Shown: one piece after another, positions 58,562 through 64,000 of the stretch | Numbering within the stretch: position 1 is the first letter of the stretch | Layout of the letters: each line of letters begins with the position of its first letter | Made by a program: the position numbers and the translations under genes | Assembly (NCBI GenBank): GCA_964016885.1 | Contig: OZ024740.1 | Span: 151,776,001 to 151,840,000 of the forward strand | DNA from: Eledone cirrhosa | Taxonomy: Eukaryota | Direction: 5' to 3' | Length of the DNA stretch: 64,000 nt | Notes under the pieces: model-generated | Told to the model about the DNA's origin: nothing | What the model saw: only the letters and a program-made list of their open reading frames with translations | The model's database searches: none

Positions 58562-60276
58562 ATGATAATGGCAGCGGTAGTCTGTTTACTTTTTTGTGTA
58601 TTTTTCTCTTGACAGATTTTCGCTGCTTTTAGATGGATGTCTTTTGAAAGACCTGTATGTGGGTGTGTCAGTGTTAGTGTCATAGTCTGTTAAGTTTTCT
58701 TTCCTGCTTCAGAAGTTCGAATAACAGACATTATCTGACACTGCGCAATTTTTCAGACAATGAAAGATGTCAGTTGTCGAAATTGTGTAGCTGTGAACTG
58801 GTTAAATCTGGTGAAATTTCTTCGTCTCGGTAATCCTTTAATCGTTTGATATAGCATATATAATGATTTTCTCGTTATTTGGAGTATTTTTCTAAATAGT
58901 ACCGAAATAAATCTTCATTCAAATCTAAAGACCAAGTGAAGTAAATGAAATACTTTTGCCAAGTTCGATTGATCACACTTTTGGTATCACTGTAGGGGTT
59001 GTTGTTATTGTTACAGATGTCATCTGTGGTCGACGAAGCGAAAATTCTCATGACAAATGTTAGTTTCTGAAAAAAATATATAATCCGGTCTAATAACGTT
59101 AACTCTTTTGATACCAATACGATCTAAACTAGCTCTGCTTCTATGAAACAATACCACCAATTATAAATCTTTCAGCTTAATTTCTTATACGAACCATATG
59201 TTAAGTCGCTATCTCAATAATGCAATAATGATTTCTACGATAAGCACAAGACCAGCAATTTTGGGGGAAGGGAAAGTCGATTAAATCGACCCCAATACAT
59301 TACTGGTGCTTTATTTTATCCACCTCGTAAGGATGAAAGGCAAAGCTAACCTCGGCATGATTTGAACTCATATCGTAAAGGGCCGTAACTCTATTCTACA
59401 AAGCATGGTGTCCGACGCTCTACTAAATGATTTTAGTAAAATCTTCAGTAAAATCTTCAGTAAAATTTTCAACATTCTTCATTAATTAATTAAGATAGAA
59501 TATATTTCTTTAGAAATACAATCACGAAGGCTTAAGTTGCCGAAGAAAAGATTTGCTTGTTTTACGTAAGAGAAAGGAGTAAGTGACAAAGGTTGAGGTA
59601 AGACAGTAAAATTGTTGAGAGCATATTCCAAAATAGTTTATTGAACAGTCCTTGATGGCTAATCGTCTGATTTTGACGGTACCCAAAAGATATGTATGTA
59701 TTAGAGGTGAACTTGGAAGCATGTATAATACAATTATGTATACTAAACATACTACTCCCTGAAGGCAAAATAAGCTGATAGCTAATACATTTTTGCAAGT
59801 AATACATCCATGGCCATGCTACTTAGCAGATAGTGTTGGGTTGATGAGCTGGTATTCATTACCCTTAAAACTAACACAACATGATTAATATTAAATGCAT
59901 AAGTAAAGGCATATACATTGTTATCAGAAAAGTAAATCATTTATAATTAACACACGAAAGTCTTAATTAGGGTAGTCTACCTCAGTAAGAGGGGGAAATC
60001 ATTGAGAACCATTACTCACCTGTAGTGATGTTTACTCAATTAGGTAATACATTTATGGAGATGGTAATTTGCAAGTAATGAGGGCTTCAAGTGTTTTAAT
60101 CACTACACCATTCCATATAAATAGGTTGTCTTCTGATGACATTTTTGGGCAGCTACTTATGGTGTGAGTATCTTTGACATTGATTCCACGGAGTCTGCAT
60201 CGATTTTCCTATCTAGAGGTTTTATATGCATCTCCATCCATATTGGTGCCCAAAAAGCATAGGGTGGCATAAATAC

Positions 60277-60709
<433 letters not shown>

Positions 60710-60948
60710 TTACAACAGTGACATAATCAGATACTTAAGTTCCGTTGAATTATGCACTCCAATTCTAACACTGAATGAGTTGGGGTGTACAACCCAACGA
60801 AACTGTACCGCTATTTGTCACTGTTGTAACCAATTATACTTAACTCGTCCTATGAACTGTGTGATCTTACCCTTGGATATTTATAGCAAAGTTATACTAC
60901 ACATACATCCGTTAATACATGCATATTCATACATTCACGCAAATATAT

Positions 60949-61002
<54 letters not shown>

Positions 61003-61003
<1 letters not shown>

Positions 61004-61380
61004 AGGCGGGTAAAATTCCCGAGATCCATGGACGAGTTCTCTGCAGCGATCTCTGTCCCTCATCATCGCTCCATGTCCTGCGTCTCCAAGAGACCAGTGT
61101 CTGTCCTTAGGGCATCAACATATGTCAACCTCGGTCTACCTCTTCCAGTGCACTGGAGCACTGAGTGCAGTGTCAACTCTGAATGTCAGTGAACATGTCC
61201 AGCTAACCTCAATCTCCTCTGTGCTACTCTCGATCCGTCTCTTCGTTGCTGTAGCGGAGTGGCGCTGCTGTACGGGTCCGAGACTTAGACACTGACCAAG
61301 AAACTCACTCGGATGGTGGTTGGGTGCTACACGAGAATGCTGAAGATGGCTCTGAACATTAATCAGTATACACTGAGGAT

Positions 61381-61381
<1 letters not shown>
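61003..61381 (-). mobile_element. RTE 3' fragment with inverted 5' segment
   Basis: Minus strand 61003-61230 reads VAQRRLRLAGH...[16 protein letters not shown]. Plus strand 61230-61381 reads IRLFVAV..LLYGSET...GCYTRMLKMALNI. Confidence 0.8.
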
Positions 61382-61437
<56 letters not shown>

Positions 61438-61581
61438 TATATTTGCGTGAATATATGCATTTTTATATATGCTTATATTTGTGTGAATAGATATGTGTGT
61501 GTGAGTGTGTGTGCATTCATACATCAAATATACAATACATTACTTTACATTACAATACAAAACAAAATAAATTTAAATACA

Positions 61582-61651
<70 letters not shown>

Positions 61652-61742
61652 TATATTTGCGTGAATATATGCATATATATATATATGCTTATATTTGTGT
61701 GAATATGCATGCATATATATATGCTTATATTTGTGTGAATAG

Positions 61743-61775
<33 letters not shown>

Positions 61776-62682
61776 AGTGTGTGTGCATTCATACATCAAA
61801 TATACAATGCATTACTTTACATTACAATACAAAACAAAATTAATTTAAATACACGAATATATATATATATGTATATAGCATAAAAATACACATATTTTGA
61901 TAGGACAAAGCAGAACCTTAACATCATTACGATCTGAAGTTAATTATAGATCGAAGCAGATGTTGAATGCCGTCTAAAATCTCAAGTTTTGTTTCCCTTT
62001 CACTTTAAACAATTTTCATTTCTGTTCCATTGTATTCTCATATCTATCTCAATTGATGCTTTCAATCTTAAATTACAAATACTTTCTCTTTTAAACAAAA
62101 CACATTTTCCGATCGCCGTCGGCAGATGGTAAGACATTACGCGGAAGGTGAATTATTGAACAAGTGTGGTATAGGCGAAATCACATGCATACATTTTTAA
62201 TATTAACTAAAACCTGTCTACTTGCACCAACACTAACGTAACCGCCATCAAAATAACAACTACGAAAACCACAACCACTATAAATCTATATCTCTGAAAT
62301 ATCTATGAGTGTCCATGTGTTAGTGCGTAAGTGTGTGTGTGTATTTTTGGCATTCTATATTATGGTCAGATTCTCTTGTATTTCTCTTTCTACCTAATTC
62401 TTTCTCTTTGCAGTGTTTCTGTTTAAATGTAAGCAAATGGTTTTGCTTTTACTGAGAACGCCACATTTCACACATGGACTCTGTATATGGGTTTATCAAC
62501 ACATATATATATATATATACCTATATAAATATCTTTATCTCCTCTTTCTTTTCCCCCTATATATATATGCACACACACACACGCACGCACGCATACACAC
62601 ACACACATACACACAATATCTCTCTATTTTCTCACTCTCTTTTTTACTCTCATACACACATATATATATATATATATATATA

Positions 62683-62753
<71 letters not shown>

Positions 62754-63619
62754 GCGCGCATGCGCGCACGCGCCTTATTTGTTGCGGTTTCGCAATCTCG
62801 AGATAAAAACAAATTATTCAAGGTAAAACCCGAAAGGAAACGGCGGCTAAAGAATTTGACCTTCATTGGGACCATCAATGAATTTTATGTATAAAGGGCT
62901 ATATATATCGCATCAGGTCAAAATGTTCTTGTTTTGATCATCGAACATATTTCTCTGCATTAAACTTTCATCGCTAAATCATAAAAGTGCACGGCTTAGG
63001 GGTTGGGATGTTCGGCTCACATTCGTAAGTTAATAATATCGATTCTTGGTGGCGCGTTGTGTTCTTGAACAAACATTTTATTTCACATTGCTCCATTCCA
63101 CTAGGTTGGCAACGGCAAGTTGTAAATGTAATTTAAAAAAAAAACACAAACACAACCTTTGTAAACACTATGTTACACTGAATCTTATAGAGAAGTGCAA
63201 TAAACGACACGCGAATTTAGAATACTAAGCCACTTGCCAAATTCTAACATCACCAGAAGAAATACTGAATTTCGGTTAAGCTTTCGTATTTTAGGCAAAC
63301 ACCCGAATAGTAAACGAAAACAGTGTTGCGTTCATGGCCAAGATACTAAACTGTCCAAAGCATTGTTCATCTCGATAGACGCGTGTACAATACAGTGTGG
63401 TAAAGTATATTATATGCAATGTCTGAAACCATGACACTGAGCTATCAACATTCCAGTTAAACTAGCTGAAGGTAAGTGTGGTACAGTGTGGCACATTTAT
63501 CAGTTCTATATACATGCTAAGAATGTCGATCCTTTTTTTCTTTTACTCCCTGAGAAGAGCTGTGCGCAAGGCATTCAAACCCCAAGGCTGGTGTGATTGA
63601 TGTGATTAATAAATTTAAA

Positions 63620-64000
63620 CGATAGCTGACGGCAACTGAGAAACATGAGCATGGAGGAATTTCCAGAGAAGAGGCGTTCCTAAGAAGTATTGGGTGAAAT
63701 CTTTACTACAAGGCCTGATTGTATGGAATATGGTCACAAGAAATATGATCACAAATGTATTGACTAGTGAGGAGTAGATGAATGAGGCGAGAGTGATTAA
63801 TTGGAGTTGACTTGGAAACAATGTAGCTCCGAGAAGCAGAGTCACATCGCAGTTGTGGTAGAACAAGCGAAGTAACGCCAATGACTGGAGGATATTGGTG
63901 AGTGACCATTAAGTAGATTGTTGAAGGGGTAGCCTATGATGTATGTATGTGTAATTGTATCACTGTTCCTAATCTGGAAGCTGTATTTCATAGCGAACCC
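63620..64000 (-). mobile_element. Highly degraded LINE 3' fragment
   Basis: Weak resemblance to the post-RT region of the family at 2880-3740. Confidence 0.3.

Overview
Eukaryotic, AT-rich window saturated with microsatellites and with no securely identifiable host gene. The SINE and LINE repertoire and the huge (TA)n tracts suggest a cephalopod (Octopus-like) genome; this is an inference. Almost everything is transposon-derived: three Penelope-like elements (PLEs), CR1-like, RTE and Dong/R4 LINE pieces, a gag-only element, a deleted mariner, MITEs and two tRNA-derived SINE families. The notable content is about 30 type I hammerhead ribozyme (HHR) motifs, found by eye in more than 10 distinct non-coding or PLE families, mostly inserted in or beside (TA)n. 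The best examples are two related retrozyme-like tandem arrays. One has a 466-bp unit (34068-39848, 12 HHRs) with an inversion 3 nt from the predicted cleavage site; the other has a 467-bp unit (49504-51214, 3 HHRs). The two share covarying helices, an ATGCAAAT octamer block and the same 3' junction site. Many inserts are head-to-head foldbacks whose inversion points fall at the ribozyme. All folds and alignments were done manually and need computational and experimental confirmation.
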